From Bacteroidales bacterium (lineage in GTDB: Bacteria; Bacteroidota; Bacteroidia; Bacteroidales; UBA7960), in contig PWJZ01000067.1 in the NCBI GenBank assembly GCA_003559855.1, positions 66,195-130,194 on the forward strand: DNA of 64,000 bases. The letters run 5' to 3'. The notes below the pieces were generated by a model. It saw only the letters and a program-made list of their open reading frames with translations, ran no database searches and had not been told where the DNA came from. The stretch's first letter is position 1. Every line of letters begins with the position of its first letter. Both the position numbers and the translations under genes were made by a program. Below, piece by piece: positions 1 to 10,056 of this stretch.

Positions 1-2
1 TG

Positions 3-149
3 CAGGCAGGTAGAATTATCAAAGAAAGAAACGAAATGGAAACATACGATACAATAGCCGATCTGCTGATTGAAATATCAGAAAAGGAAAAAAAAGTGTA
101 TCAGGAGCTGGCGGATATTGTGAGAAATGCATCAACCCATCAACCATAA
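3..149 (+). CDS. 3' end of a CDS, probably the BtrH-N/DUF4872-like protein of flexirubin clusters (partial)
   Basis: Open frame QAGRIIKERNEMETYDTIADLLIEISEKEKKVYQELADIVRNASTHQP* ending at TAA 147-149; this protein normally precedes the ABC ATPase in such clusters. Confidence 0.55.
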   Translation, partial: QAGRIIKERNEMETYDTIADLLIEISEKEKKVYQELADIVRNASTHQP

Positions 150-174
150 CAGCGGTTACTAAAATAATAAACCG

Positions 175-930
175 ATGAAAAACAATGTTTTAATCGAGAT
201 CAACAACTTGACCAAAATATATCTGAAAGGCAAGGAGCCTGCGCTTGACGGGTTGAACCTGAATATATACGAGAGTGAAATTTTCGGATTGCTGGGTCCG
301 AACGGCGCCGGAAAAACAACCACTATCTCAATATTATGCAACCTGATCAGTTCAACCGGAGGAAGCTGTAAAATAAACGGATACCAAGTTGAAAAGGAAT
401 TCCGGTTTATAAAGCCTTTTATCGGAGTTGTATCACAGGATGTTGCATTATACCAGCTATTAACGGCTTATGAAAACCTGTTTTATTTCGGTAGTATGTA
501 TGATATGAATAAAAAAGAGCTGAAAGAGAATATCGGGTATTTTCTTGATAAAATGGGGTTGTATAAGGTAAGGAACGAAAAGATAAAACATTTTTCAAGC
601 GGAATGAAACGCAGGGTAAATCTTATTGCCGGCATATTGCACCAGCCCAGGCTTGTTTTTCTTGATGAGCCTACCGTGGGTATTGATGTGCAGTCACGAA
701 TGGTGATTTTGGATCACCTGGAGGAATTAAAACGCAAAGGTGTAACTTTACTCTACTCATCGCATATGCTGGATGAAGCTGAAAAACTATGCAACAGGAT
801 TGCAATACTTGATTATGGGAAATTGCTGGCAATCGGAACACCGGATGAACTTACAGCACAATACAACGGTAAGTGCAACAACCTTGAAGATGTATTTTTG
901 CATCTGACCGGAAGGCACGTGAGAGATTAA
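175..930 (+). CDS. ABC transporter ATP-binding protein (DrrA/CcmA-like exporter)
   Basis: Walker A GPNGAGKTT, signature FSSGMKRR, Walker B LVFLDEPT, H-loop SSH. Confidence 0.95.
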   Translation: MKNNVLIEINNLTKIYLKGKEPALDGLNLNIYESEIFGLLGPNGAGKTTTISILCNLISSTGGSCKINGYQVEKEFRFIKPFIGVVSQDVALYQLLTAYENLFYFGSMYDMNKKELKENIGYFLDKMGLYKVRNEKIKHFSSGMKRRVNLIAGILHQPRLVFLDEPTVGIDVQSRMVILDHLEELKRKGVTLLYSSHMLDEAEKLCNRIAILDYGKLLAIGTPDELTAQYNGKCNNLEDVFLHLTGRHVRD

Positions 931-1156
931 ACTTTATTATTTAAAACAGCAATATGGTTTTTGGGAGGGGACGTATGATAAGGATTAATTTAAAAAGCTT
1001 AAAAATGTAATTTGCAAATCTCAAATAGCAAATAACAGACAAAACTCAATATTAAAAACTCAAATTATTAATGTCGGGAGTTATAAATAAAAAAGTTTGG
1101 GGTTTGACTATTTAAAGATTGGATATTATTGATAATTTTTAATTTGTAATTTTCGG

Positions 1157-1252
1157 GTAATAATTACAATAACGGATAATTAGCTGTAAATAGCAATAGT
1201 AATATCTTCCGGTGTCATAAAGTAATAATTACAATAACGGATAATTAGCTGT
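1157..1252. repeat. Perfect 31-bp direct repeat (2 copies) separated by 34 bp
   Basis: GTAATAATTACAATAACGGATAATTAGCTGT at 1157-1187 and 1222-1252. Confidence 0.95.
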
Positions 1253-1276
1253 TTTAATAAGATTGGATAAAAAACA

Positions 1277-2551
1277 ATGAGAAAACTCTTTGCATCGATA
1301 CAAAAGGAATATCGTATTTTGATCCGCGACCGGGAGGGTTTAGCTCTGATGTTTGTGATGCCTTTGGTTTTGGTTTTCATAATAACCATACTTCAGGAAA
1401 AGACTTATCAGACTATCGGTGAAACCCGTGTACCTATTGTATTAATTGACAATGATATGGATTCGGTTGGAAGGGCTTTTTCGCAGGGGGTTAAAGACAA
1501 TAATTTTTTTGAGGTTACATTGATACGGGGGGCAGATTCGTTGCAGATGGCTGAAACCAGGAACGATGTGGCTACGGGCAAATATCAGATGGGAATAATC
1601 ATTCCTGAAGGAACGACAAGGTCTATAAGAAACCGTGTAGTGGCACTGGTTCAGCAGCAAGTGCCTTCTATGATGAACGTGGATACAAGCGGTTTGCGGC
1701 AATCAGTGAAGGTTGACCTGTTTTTTGACCCTATTACCAAGGAGTCTTTCAGAAACATCATAAAGAGCAATTTGCGTGAATTCAGCTCCAAGATTGAAAC
1801 ACGTATTGTTTTTATAACTTACAGCAGGATAATAGATGCGATGATTCATCAAACCACGGATATAGAATATCCGGAAACTCCCGTAATAGAGTTTGACGAG
1901 GGTTTCGTTTGCGAGTTTGGTCAGCAAACAATGCCTAATTCGGTTCAGCATAATGTGCCGGCCTGGACTTTATTTGCTATGTTCTTTATTTGTATTCCTT
2001 TGGCGGGCAACATTATAAAAGAACGTTATGACGGTTGTCTTGACAGGTTAAAAACCATGCCTGTGTCGTATATTACAATAATGCTGAGTAAACTTTTCAT
2101 GTTTCTGGTTGTTACCATGATGCAGGCGGCGGTTATTGTCATGGTGGGCATTTGGGTCATACCTTTGGCCGGTGTGCCGCAATTACAGCTGGGCAGCAAC
2201 TTTGCAGGATTCATATTTATTACCATTTCCGCCGGTCTTGCAGCTACAGGATATGGCATAATGATAGGGTCAATAGCAAAAACCTATATGCAAGCATCAA
2301 CATTCGGAGCTGTGTCAACAGTTATACTAGCAGCACTGGGTGGTGTATGGATACCACTTTACGTTATGACACCCGTAATGAGGCAGATCAGCCAGCTGTC
2401 ACCAATGAACTGGGGAATTCAGGGATATTACGAATATTTCCTAAGAGATGCCGCTTTTATCAATATGTTGCCCCATGCTTTCAAACTTATAGGCTTTTTC
2501 TTTGTTTGTATATTATTAGTCTATCTTTATAAAAAATATATAAAACATTAG
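1277..2551 (+). CDS. ABC-2 type exporter permease
   Basis: N-terminal KE..IL.RD plus TM, large periplasmic loop, ER..G...RL..MP motif, several C-terminal TMs with GG.W.P and SP..W. Confidence 0.93.
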   Translation: MRKLFASIQKEYRILIRDREGLALMFVMPLVLVFIITILQEKTYQTIGETRVPIVLIDNDMDSVGRAFSQGVKDNNFFEVTLIRGADSLQMAETRNDVATGKYQMGIIIPEGTTRSIRNRVVALVQQQVPSMMNVDTSGLRQSVKVDLFFDPITKESFRNIIKSNLREFSSKIETRIVFITYSRIIDAMIHQTTDIEYPETPVIEFDEGFVCEFGQQTMPNSVQHNVPAWTLFAMFFICIPLAGNIIKERYDGCLDRLKTMPVSYITIMLSKLFMFLVVTMMQAAVIVMVGIWVIPLAGVPQLQLGSNFAGFIFITISAGLAATGYGIMIGSIAKTYMQASTFGAVSTVILAALGGVWIPLYVMTPVMRQISQLSPMNWGIQGYYEYFLRDAAFINMLPHAFKLIGFFFVCILLVYLYKKYIKH

Positions 2552-2985
2552 TGTTGAAGGATAATAAATTCATAACAAGAACCGAGATAAAGGTAAGATT
2601 CAGCGAGGTTGATTCGATGGGGATAGTATGGCACGGACATTACATAAAGTTTTTTGAAGACGGAAGGGAAGCTTTCGGGCGGGAACATAATCTCGGCTAT
2701 TTGAATATATATGAAAACGGTTATTTTGCACCCGTTGTTAAAGTTGATTGCAATTTTAAAAGATATATTCGATATGGTGAAACGGTTATAGTAGAGTCGG
2801 AATACGTAAATACGCAGGCAGCCAAAATTGTTTTCAGGTTTAAAATTTTCAATAAAAAGAATGATGAATTGGTTGCCGAGGGTGGTAGTATGCAGGTTTT
2901 CACCACACCTGACGGAGAGCTGGTGCTTAACAATCCTCCTTTTTATGAGGAATGGAAGAAGCAAAGGGGGCTTTTGGAGGGTTGA
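2551..2985 (+). CDS. Acyl-CoA/ACP thioesterase (4HBT/YbgC hot-dog fold)
   Basis: VRFSEVDSMGIVWHGHYIKFFEDGRE motif; GTG start overlaps the permease stop. Confidence 0.92.
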   Translation: MLKDNKFITRTEIKVRFSEVDSMGIVWHGHYIKFFEDGREAFGREHNLGYLNIYENGYFAPVVKVDCNFKRYIRYGETVIVESEYVNTQAAKIVFRFKIFNKKNDELVAEGGSMQVFTTPDGELVLNNPPFYEEWKKQRGLLEG

Positions 2986-3325
2986 AAGGCGCCTGCAAAG
3001 GCACCTTGCAGGAAACGAAGCAGTTGCTATTAACGGCTTAAAGTAAGGATTCGATCTAAACGGCTTTGGCGTATCAGGCGAAAAGAGGATTGCCGGATGG
3101 TAAGACAATATAATCAGGAGATACTACTGAAAGAAAAAAATCGGAGGCGGAGATAGTGCTATAATCATAAAATATTGTTATGCGCTTATTAGGTGAAGCT
3201 GATGATTATTGATCAGAGCATTATCATAAATCAGGAACACATAACAAGAAACTCAAAATGCTGATCCGGCAAAACTATCAGCTTCTGTGCACCGGATATA
3301 TGTTTTGGTAAAACAGAAAACGCTA

Positions 3326-4447
3326 ATGAATAAAAGAACAGACATAATATCAGATCATGTTATTTCAGCATTGGGTGACGGCTCGGAAGAAAACTTCAAA
3401 AAATTGCTGAACAACAGGTCAGGTATAACTTTTCATAAAAGCGGCAAATATTCTGACAACACATTGCCTTTGGGTGCCATTGAAGAAGAGCTTATTTCGC
3501 AACGGGTTAATGGAAATAGGCTTCCCGAAGGATACACAAGATTTGAAAAACTTTGTATTTTATCAATTTCAGAAGCCTTGAAAGGAATTGATATTGACAT
3601 AACATCTGAGGATACCTTGCTGGTTCTGTCAACGACGAAAGGAAATATTGATCTTATTGAAAATCCTGAAATGCACCACAAGCTGGATCTGTGGTATTCT
3701 GCAAACCGGATAGCTTCTTATTTCAGGACCAAAAACACTCCGAAGGTAATATCGAATGCTTGTATATCTGGTGTTTCGGCGTTGCTTTATGCTCAGTGGC
3801 ATTTGAAGGAGGGCAATTACAATCATGCTGTTGTGGTTGGGGCTGATATTATTTCGAAGTTTGTTGTAAGCGGATTTGAATCTTTTATGTCGCTCAGTCC
3901 TGATATATGCAAGCCTTTTGACATGAGAAGGGACGGTTTGACCCTTGGTGAGGCGGCGGCAACAATTGTATTAAGTACAGAGCGTAAGGGCAGGGTTGGA
4001 ATAGTAAAGGGTGCAACGGCCAACGATGCCAACCATATCAGCGGCCCTTCACGTACCGGCGAGGGACTCTACCAGGCTATTAAACACACGCTTGATGATG
4101 ACAGGCAAATAGATTTTATCTCGGCGCACGGAACGGCAACACCCTACAATGACGACATGGAATCAAAGGCTTTTAAAAGAAGTGGCCTGGAAAGTACAAC
4201 AGTTAACGGCTTTAAAGCCTATGTAGGGCATACCCTCGGAGCAGCGGGAATAGTAGAAGTAATATATTCCGTATGGTCAATGTATGAAAATATGATTATA
4301 AAGACTTTCGGATATGACGAGTTTGGTGTTGCCGAAAAAATAAACATAGCAGACCGGAACATAAAAAAAGAACTAAAAAATGTGTTAAAAACAGCATCCG
4401 GATTCGGAGGATGCAACGCGGCCATATTACTGAAAAAAAATGAATGA
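3326..4447 (+). CDS. Beta-ketoacyl-ACP synthase (FabF-like)
   Basis: Cys-His-His triad motifs NACISG, AHGTAT, GHTLG and C-terminal SGFGG; ATG 3326 preferred over GTG 3287. Confidence 0.92.
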   Translation: MNKRTDIISDHVISALGDGSEENFKKLLNNRSGITFHKSGKYSDNTLPLGAIEEELISQRVNGNRLPEGYTRFEKLCILSISEALKGIDIDITSEDTLLVLSTTKGNIDLIENPEMHHKLDLWYSANRIASYFRTKNTPKVISNACISGVSALLYAQWHLKEGNYNHAVVVGADIISKFVVSGFESFMSLSPDICKPFDMRRDGLTLGEAAATIVLSTERKGRVGIVKGATANDANHISGPSRTGEGLYQAIKHTLDDDRQIDFISAHGTATPYNDDMESKAFKRSGLESTTVNGFKAYVGHTLGAAGIVEVIYSVWSMYENMIIKTFGYDEFGVAEKINIADRNIKKELKNVLKTASGFGGCNAAILLKKNE

Positions 4448-5048
4448 TCTGAATATACTGAATAGCGCGGAAATAAATAACGGAAAGGTTTTGGCAAACG
4501 GAAAGCCTGTCGAAAATCTGGAAAATGATTTCTCCATTGTTTCAAAATACTTGTATAAAAAATATTGTAAAGCATATATCAAGTTTTTTAAAATGGATTC
4601 CCTTTGTAAACTGGGATTCCTGACTACAGAAATGCTCCTGAAGGATTTCGATACTGAAAGCATTGGCAAGAATGAAGTGGCACTGGCAATCGGCAATTCA
4701 AATTCAACAAAAGATACCGACCTGAAGTATTATGAAACAATAAAAACCCAGCCGAGTCCGGCTATATTCGTCTATACCTTACCAAATATCCTTCTGGGCG
4801 AAATATGTATAAGATATGGCTTTAAAGGTCAGAACCTTTGTTATATAAGTGAAAAATTTGATGAAAATGAATTATATGAAAATATCAAAATCCTTTTGAA
4901 TAACAGTACTACTCAGTATCTCATAAGCGGATGGGTTGATTATATTAGTGAAACAAATTATAAATCCCTGCTGTTATTAATTGGTAAAAATCCAAAAAAT
5001 TGTAATTTTGCAGCGCAAAAACCGGACATGTTAAATAAGAAAGCTTGA
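4440..5048 (+). CDS. Non-catalytic ketosynthase-like partner (chain-length-factor-like)
   Basis: KFFKMD.LCKLG and PSPAIFVYTLPNI..GEI.I motifs; truncated KS fold without the catalytic triad; overlaps the KS stop. Confidence 0.8.
   Translation: MNDLNILNSAEINNGKVLANGKPVENLENDFSIVSKYLYKKYCKAYIKFFKMDSLCKLGFLTTEMLLKDFDTESIGKNEVALAIGNSNSTKDTDLKYYETIKTQPSPAIFVYTLPNILLGEICIRYGFKGQNLCYISEKFDENELYENIKILLNNSTTQYLISGWVDYISETNYKSLLLLIGKNPKNCNFAAQKPDMLNKKA
5003..5010 (+). promoter_or_regulatory. Bacteroidota -7 promoter box, internal, upstream of ACP
   Basis: TAATTTTG followed by CAGCGC; TTG 19 nt upstream at 4981-4983. Confidence 0.55.
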
Positions 5049-5160
5049 CATTTACCGGAACTGTTATTTAATAATAACAGGTTGTTTTTCGGGGTAGCAG
5101 GATTTAATTATGCTTTCATACTACTCCGTCAGGTATTAAAAAAAATAAAAAGAACATATA

Positions 5161-5415
5161 ATGGACAGCTTGACCAAGCAATTAAAGGAACAGATCATTG
5201 ATCATTTAAATCTTGAAGGGCTTACGCCTGATGATATTAATGAGAATGAGCCCCTGTTTGGCGAAGGATTGGGATTGGATTCCATAGATGCGCTTGAGTT
5301 GATACTTTTACTCGAACGAGGTTATGGCATTAAACTTGAAAACCCGCAAGAGGGAAAGAAAATTTTTGCTTCTGTTGAAACCATGGCTGAATATATCAGG
5401 CAAAACAAAAAATAA
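5161..5415 (+). CDS. Acyl carrier protein
   Basis: GLGLDSIDALE phosphopantetheine attachment motif; 84 aa, acidic. Confidence 0.96.
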   Translation: MDSLTKQLKEQIIDHLNLEGLTPDDINENEPLFGEGLGLDSIDALELILLLERGYGIKLENPQEGKKIFASVETMAEYIRQNKK

Positions 5416-5438
5416 TTTGTCAACAAACTTTATATCCA

Positions 5439-6623
5439 ATGGTAAATCGTGTGTTTGTTACGGGTTTGGGGGTTATTTCGGCAATTGGTTATAATGTGGC
5501 TGAAAATTTCAATTCTTTAAAAAGTAAGAAACACGGTATTGGTAAGTTGGATATTCTTAATACTGTACACAGGGATAAGCTGGTTTGCGGAGAGGTAAAA
5601 ATGACGAATGAGGAGTTGTTGCGGCGGATTGATCTGCCGGAAGATACTCCCTATCCCCGAACGACAATACTGGCTATACATGCAGCCAGGGAAGCATGTT
5701 ATGATGCCGGTGCTGTTGATGGTGATTCGGTCAGAACGGGTGTAATACTTGGCACAACGGTTGGCGGAATGGATAAAAGTGAAAAGTTTTACAGGAGGCT
5801 GAATGAAAATACCGACTTCATACAATCTCATAATTGCGGATATACAACGGAGAAAGTTGCCGATTATCTTAACCTGCACAATTTTGTTACAACATTGAGC
5901 ACTGCCTGCAGCAGCGGAGCCAATGCCATTATGCTTGGTGGAAGGCTAATCAGGCATGGGTTACTTGACCGAGTCATTGCCGGGGGAACCGATTCGTTGT
6001 CGAAGTTTACCATAAATGGTTTTAAAACCCTTTTTCTTTTGGATCCCAACCCATGTTCACCTTTTGACAAAGACCGAAAAGGGCTTAATTTGGGTGAAGG
6101 CGCCGGCTTTTTGGTCCTTGAAAACGAGCGTTTGTCTGATAATAAAAAAAGATATTGCATATTAAGCGGATATGCTAATAATAATGATGCTTACCATCAG
6201 ACAGCCACTTCAACGGATGCAAAAGGACCTTATCTTTCCATGAAAAATGCTCTTGAAATAAGTAATCTTAAAGCGGGTGACATTCAATATGTTAACGTTC
6301 ATGGTACGGGTACAGAAAATAATGATATTACCGAAGGCCTGGCCATGGAAAGATTATTTGGCGGTAAGGTGCCACTGTTCAGTTCAACAAAGGCGTATAC
6401 AGGGCATACTCTTGGTGCTGCAGGTGCATTGGAAGCAGTATATTCAATAATGGCCATAGAAAACAACATTGTTTTTCCAAACCTCAACTTCAGTAAGGCT
6501 ATACCGGATCTGGCTTTATCTCCGGCAACGGAAGTGATCGAAAATGCCGGAATTAAAAACGTGATGTCAAATTCATTCGGCTTTGGAGGTAATGAAGCCA
6601 CATTAATTTTTTCAAAAGAATAA
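5439..6623 (+). CDS. Beta-ketoacyl-ACP synthase (FabF-like)
   Basis: TACSSG, VHGTGT, GHTLG, NSFGFGG. Confidence 0.95.
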   Translation: MVNRVFVTGLGVISAIGYNVAENFNSLKSKKHGIGKLDILNTVHRDKLVCGEVKMTNEELLRRIDLPEDTPYPRTTILAIHAAREACYDAGAVDGDSVRTGVILGTTVGGMDKSEKFYRRLNENTDFIQSHNCGYTTEKVADYLNLHNFVTTLSTACSSGANAIMLGGRLIRHGLLDRVIAGGTDSLSKFTINGFKTLFLLDPNPCSPFDKDRKGLNLGEGAGFLVLENERLSDNKKRYCILSGYANNNDAYHQTATSTDAKGPYLSMKNALEISNLKAGDIQYVNVHGTGTENNDITEGLAMERLFGGKVPLFSSTKAYTGHTLGAAGALEAVYSIMAIENNIVFPNLNFSKAIPDLALSPATEVIENAGIKNVMSNSFGFGGNEATLIFSKE

Positions 6624-6625
6624 AT

Positions 6626-7684
6626 ATGGCTGTATATATAAACGGAGCCCAGGCAATTTCTCCACAGGATACTTTTTTAAATTCTCAAATACCAACGGAT
6701 TTGAAGGAATATTACGGTATTATGCAAAGCATTTTACCCGATTTTAAAAAATATTTCAATCCCATTGAAATGCGGCGTATGAGCCGTATCATAAAGTTCA
6801 GCACGGCTACTGCCGCAGAATGTATAAAGGAAGCAGATGCCGATAGTATCGACGCCATAATAACCGGTACCGGTTTAGGTTGTCTTGAAGATACCCAGAA
6901 ATTCCTCAACAAAATGCTTGATAACAACGAGGAAATGCTGACACCTACTACATTCATTCAATCTACTCATAACACACTCGGCGGAATAATTGCACTGGCA
7001 AATAAATGCAATGAATATAACCTTACCTATGCGCACAAAACAATATCTTTTGAATCGTGCCTGCTTGATGCGGTTTTACTGATAAAAGAGGGTAGAAAAA
7101 ATATTCTCGTCGGAGGTATCGACGAAATAACAGAAGAAAATTATAACCTTCGCCAACACATTAATCAATGGAAGGAAGAGCCCTTCAGCAATCTCGACAT
7201 TTATGATTGCGGCACCGGCGGCTATAAAGCCGGCGAGGGTGCAGCATATTTTATGATCTCTTCGCAAAAAACCGCAACAACATACGCAGAATTAAGAATG
7301 ATTGACCTTTGCTACAAGTTTAAAAACAGCGGTTCATTGTCAGAAAAAATCAAAGACAGATTGCGATCAGCAGAACTTTCACCCGATGATATTGACCTTG
7401 TCATTTTTGGATTTAATGGTGATCGCAATACCGATGTATATTATCACCGGCTTAAAGACACCCTGTTCAGAAACCAGGACCACGGTTATTACAAACATTA
7501 TTGCGGTGAATACGATACTTCCGCATCTTTTGGTATGTGGATGGCTACACGGATCATTAAACAAAATCACGCTCCGGATAATGTCATTTTAGGTGATAGA
7601 AAAAGAGAAAAAATAAATAACGTTTTGTTATATAACCAGGAAGACGATAAAAACCATTCCTTTATAGTGTTATCTGCATGTTGA
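6626..7684 (+). CDS. Ketosynthase chain-length-factor-like protein
   Basis: RRMSR, PTTFIQSTHN and GEGA motifs; no catalytic Cys motif; directly follows the KS. Confidence 0.85.
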   Translation: MAVYINGAQAISPQDTFLNSQIPTDLKEYYGIMQSILPDFKKYFNPIEMRRMSRIIKFSTATAAECIKEADADSIDAIITGTGLGCLEDTQKFLNKMLDNNEEMLTPTTFIQSTHNTLGGIIALANKCNEYNLTYAHKTISFESCLLDAVLLIKEGRKNILVGGIDEITEENYNLRQHINQWKEEPFSNLDIYDCGTGGYKAGEGAAYFMISSQKTATTYAELRMIDLCYKFKNSGSLSEKIKDRLRSAELSPDDIDLVIFGFNGDRNTDVYYHRLKDTLFRNQDHGYYKHYCGEYDTSASFGMWMATRIIKQNHAPDNVILGDRKREKINNVLLYNQEDDKNHSFIVLSAC

Positions 7685-8445
7685 CTTACCGATATGTTAA
7701 TTTGGTTTTCGTGCCGTTATCATGTTTTTTGATCATCGGTTATTTTACAGTTAATATACCGCTTATTTTTTTGTTTATTGTCGTTGCTATATACTTATCG
7801 CTTTGCTTTGTCGGATCGGCGTTTATATGTTTTGGTTTTTATACTAAAGCAATTTGCAGTGGCGTTCACAAGAAAGGCAAAAGTGTTTTTATAACATTCG
7901 ATGACAGTCCTGATAAAAAGGAAACACCTTTGGTGCTCAAAGTTTTACAAGAACATGATGTGAAGGCGACTTTTTTCATTGTAGGCGAAGAGGCTGAAAA
8001 AAATCCCGGGTTGCTTAGGAAAATTAATGAATCGGGGCATGTTTTGGGAAATCATTCTTACAGCCACGGAAATTTTTTCCCTTTAAGAAGTAAGAGAAAA
8101 ATAATAGAAGAAATAAAAAAAACAAGTTCAATAATAAAAAGTGTAAAACCATCAGGTGTTGATATCTTCAGACCGCCTTTCGGAGTTACAAATCCGTTAA
8201 TTGCAAAGGCAGTTAAGCAGCTCAGCATTAACACAATAGGCTGGAGTCTGAAGTCACGCGATACGGTTATAAAAGATAAAGACAAAATTCTTGTCAGGCT
8301 TATCAGGAAAACAAAACCGGGCGATGTGGTCCTTTTGCATGACAGGGTTGAAAACATACACCTGGTTCTGGATAAATATATTACGTTTCTGAAAAAAAAT
8401 AATTATAACTTTGAAACTATAGATAAATTATTGAGTAACGAGTAA
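7678..8445 (+). CDS. Polysaccharide deacetylase family (CE4/NodB) protein with N-terminal TM segments
   Basis: TFDDSP, HSYSH, RPPFG, LLHD motifs. Confidence 0.92.
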   Translation: MLTYRYVNLVFVPLSCFLIIGYFTVNIPLIFLFIVVAIYLSLCFVGSAFICFGFYTKAICSGVHKKGKSVFITFDDSPDKKETPLVLKVLQEHDVKATFFIVGEEAEKNPGLLRKINESGHVLGNHSYSHGNFFPLRSKRKIIEEIKKTSSIIKSVKPSGVDIFRPPFGVTNPLIAKAVKQLSINTIGWSLKSRDTVIKDKDKILVRLIRKTKPGDVVLLHDRVENIHLVLDKYITFLKKNNYNFETIDKLLSNE

Positions 8446-8505
8446 ACGTTAATAGTAAGCACCAGGCGCTCGTTGCCCGGTGCCCGTCACTAAATAAATA
8501 AACCT

Positions 8506-9132
8506 ATGAAAACATTTTTTATAATCTTATTTTGCTTCTTTTATTTCACTGCTCATGGTCAGTCGGATTTCAGGCCTGTACAAGACATTGAAGCAGTTGG
8601 CAGAAAACTTGACAATATGGCTAAAAGCCTCACTTCGATACAGAGTGATTTCCACCAGGAAAAATATATGGAATTTCTGGATGTAACTCTTGTATCCAAA
8701 GGTAAATTCTGGTTTAAAAAGGAAAATTCGCTTCGCTGGCAATATACCGATCCATACAACTATATTATTGTTATAAACGATGGTGTAGTGCAAATAAGCG
8801 ATGACGGAAAAGACCAGGAATTTCAGGTTAAAGGCAACAGGATATTTGAGCAGGTGAATAATATAATAGTGGCGTCAATGAAAGGTGATGTAATTGATAA
8901 TGATGATTTTGATGTTCAGTTGTATGAGAATGATCAATATTACTTAGTAAGGCTTAAGCCTTTAAAAAGTGAAGTGTTGCAGGTTATTCATGAGATGGAG
9001 ATGTATTTTAAAAAAACAACTCTTCAGATCTCCAGAATAAGAATGAATGAGCCCAATGATGATTATACCTTGATAAGATATACAAACCGCATAATTAATG
9101 AGCCGATTCCTTCATCCGTTTTCAGTCTGTAG
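8506..9132 (+). CDS. LolA-like periplasmic carrier
   Basis: Signal peptide; SDFHQEK...SKGKFWFKK...LRWQY.DP pattern of the LolA family. Confidence 0.85.
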   Translation: MKTFFIILFCFFYFTAHGQSDFRPVQDIEAVGRKLDNMAKSLTSIQSDFHQEKYMEFLDVTLVSKGKFWFKKENSLRWQYTDPYNYIIVINDGVVQISDDGKDQEFQVKGNRIFEQVNNIIVASMKGDVIDNDDFDVQLYENDQYYLVRLKPLKSEVLQVIHEMEMYFKKTTLQISRIRMNEPNDDYTLIRYTNRIINEPIPSSVFSL

Positions 9133-9718
9133 TTTAACCATTTTTTTGTTTTTTTCTTGCCAACCGTATAAACTTGTTAAGGAGGAAAAGCAACACCGGT
9201 ACACTGTTTCAAGTCCTTTGCACATTGATGTTGGCGACAAGGCTGTTTACCGGGCAAGTGTTGGGATATTAGGAAATTATTTTAGCGGCTTGTTCGTCAT
9301 TGTTAATGCCGACAGCCTCTATAAGGCCGGATTTCTTTCCGGGATGGGTATTAAGTTTTTCGATATGCAAATAGACGAAGATGGTTATGAAATTATTTAT
9401 TGTATCGAATCATTCAACAGGAAACCGGTTTTAAATGCCATGGCAAGAGGTTTAAGATTTATGCTTGAAGACCCTTCAAAGTATGACGGGAATTTTTATG
9501 TTGATAAAGACGATGATATTATATACAGGTCAGCCGATAATGATGGATGGAAACGGCAATATTATCTTGAAAACGGCCGTACGAAGCAAATAACGGGCAG
9601 ACGGTTCATTCGTAACATGGTATTGGTAGAACTATACAATAACAGGGCAGATCAACCCGAAAATATTATATTTTTGCACAAGGGCATGCGGCTGAGAATA
9701 GAAATGAAAAAGCTTTGA
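9098..9718 (+). CDS. Lipoprotein, possibly LolB-like
   Basis: Lipobox LFFSC; beta-rich FSGLF and MGIKFFD segments; overlaps the lolA-like gene. Confidence 0.6.
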   Translation: MSRFLHPFSVCSLTIFLFFSCQPYKLVKEEKQHRYTVSSPLHIDVGDKAVYRASVGILGNYFSGLFVIVNADSLYKAGFLSGMGIKFFDMQIDEDGYEIIYCIESFNRKPVLNAMARGLRFMLEDPSKYDGNFYVDKDDDIIYRSADNDGWKRQYYLENGRTKQITGRRFIRNMVLVELYNNRADQPENIIFLHKGMRLRIEMKKL

Positions 9719-9854
9719 TCCTTTGTTTTCTTATTTTATACCATAAAGGAACGCAAAGTACGTTCACCAAGAGAACACGAAGGTTTATTGTTTTTTAATA
9801 TTTTAATATCAGGCTTTGATATTTGACTTATTTAAATCAAACGTTGGTTAATTT

Positions 9855-10032
9855 GAGACTGTCTGTAATGTCAAACTTTTTTGATTAACGAATATCGGTT
9901 AACGATTTTTGATTTTAGAAGTGCTTAAAAATCAGAAATCTAAAATCGTTAATCCTTGTTTACCCCGTAGCAAAGCGTACCGGGGTTCTTAAATTAATTA
10001 TTTCTCAAATGAACGACATTACAGGCAAACTC
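9855..10032. mobile_element. MITE-like element with 18-bp imperfect terminal inverted repeats
   Basis: GAGACTGTCTGTAATGTC (9855-9872) versus GACATTACAGGCAAACTC (10015-10032), 15/18 complementary; internal TTAACGATTTT...AAAATCGTTAA palindrome. Confidence 0.7.
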
Positions 10033-10056
10033 TAATTAGCAAAAACATACCAAATT

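Noticed and set aside
1157-1252. CRISPR array call
   Set aside because: Only two repeats, no cas genes and no typical repeat terminus; kept as a direct repeat.
2548-3108. 186-aa minus-strand ORF and the many other 60-180 aa ORFs antisense or out of frame to assigned genes
   Set aside because: They overlap well-supported CDSs and show no recognisable motifs.
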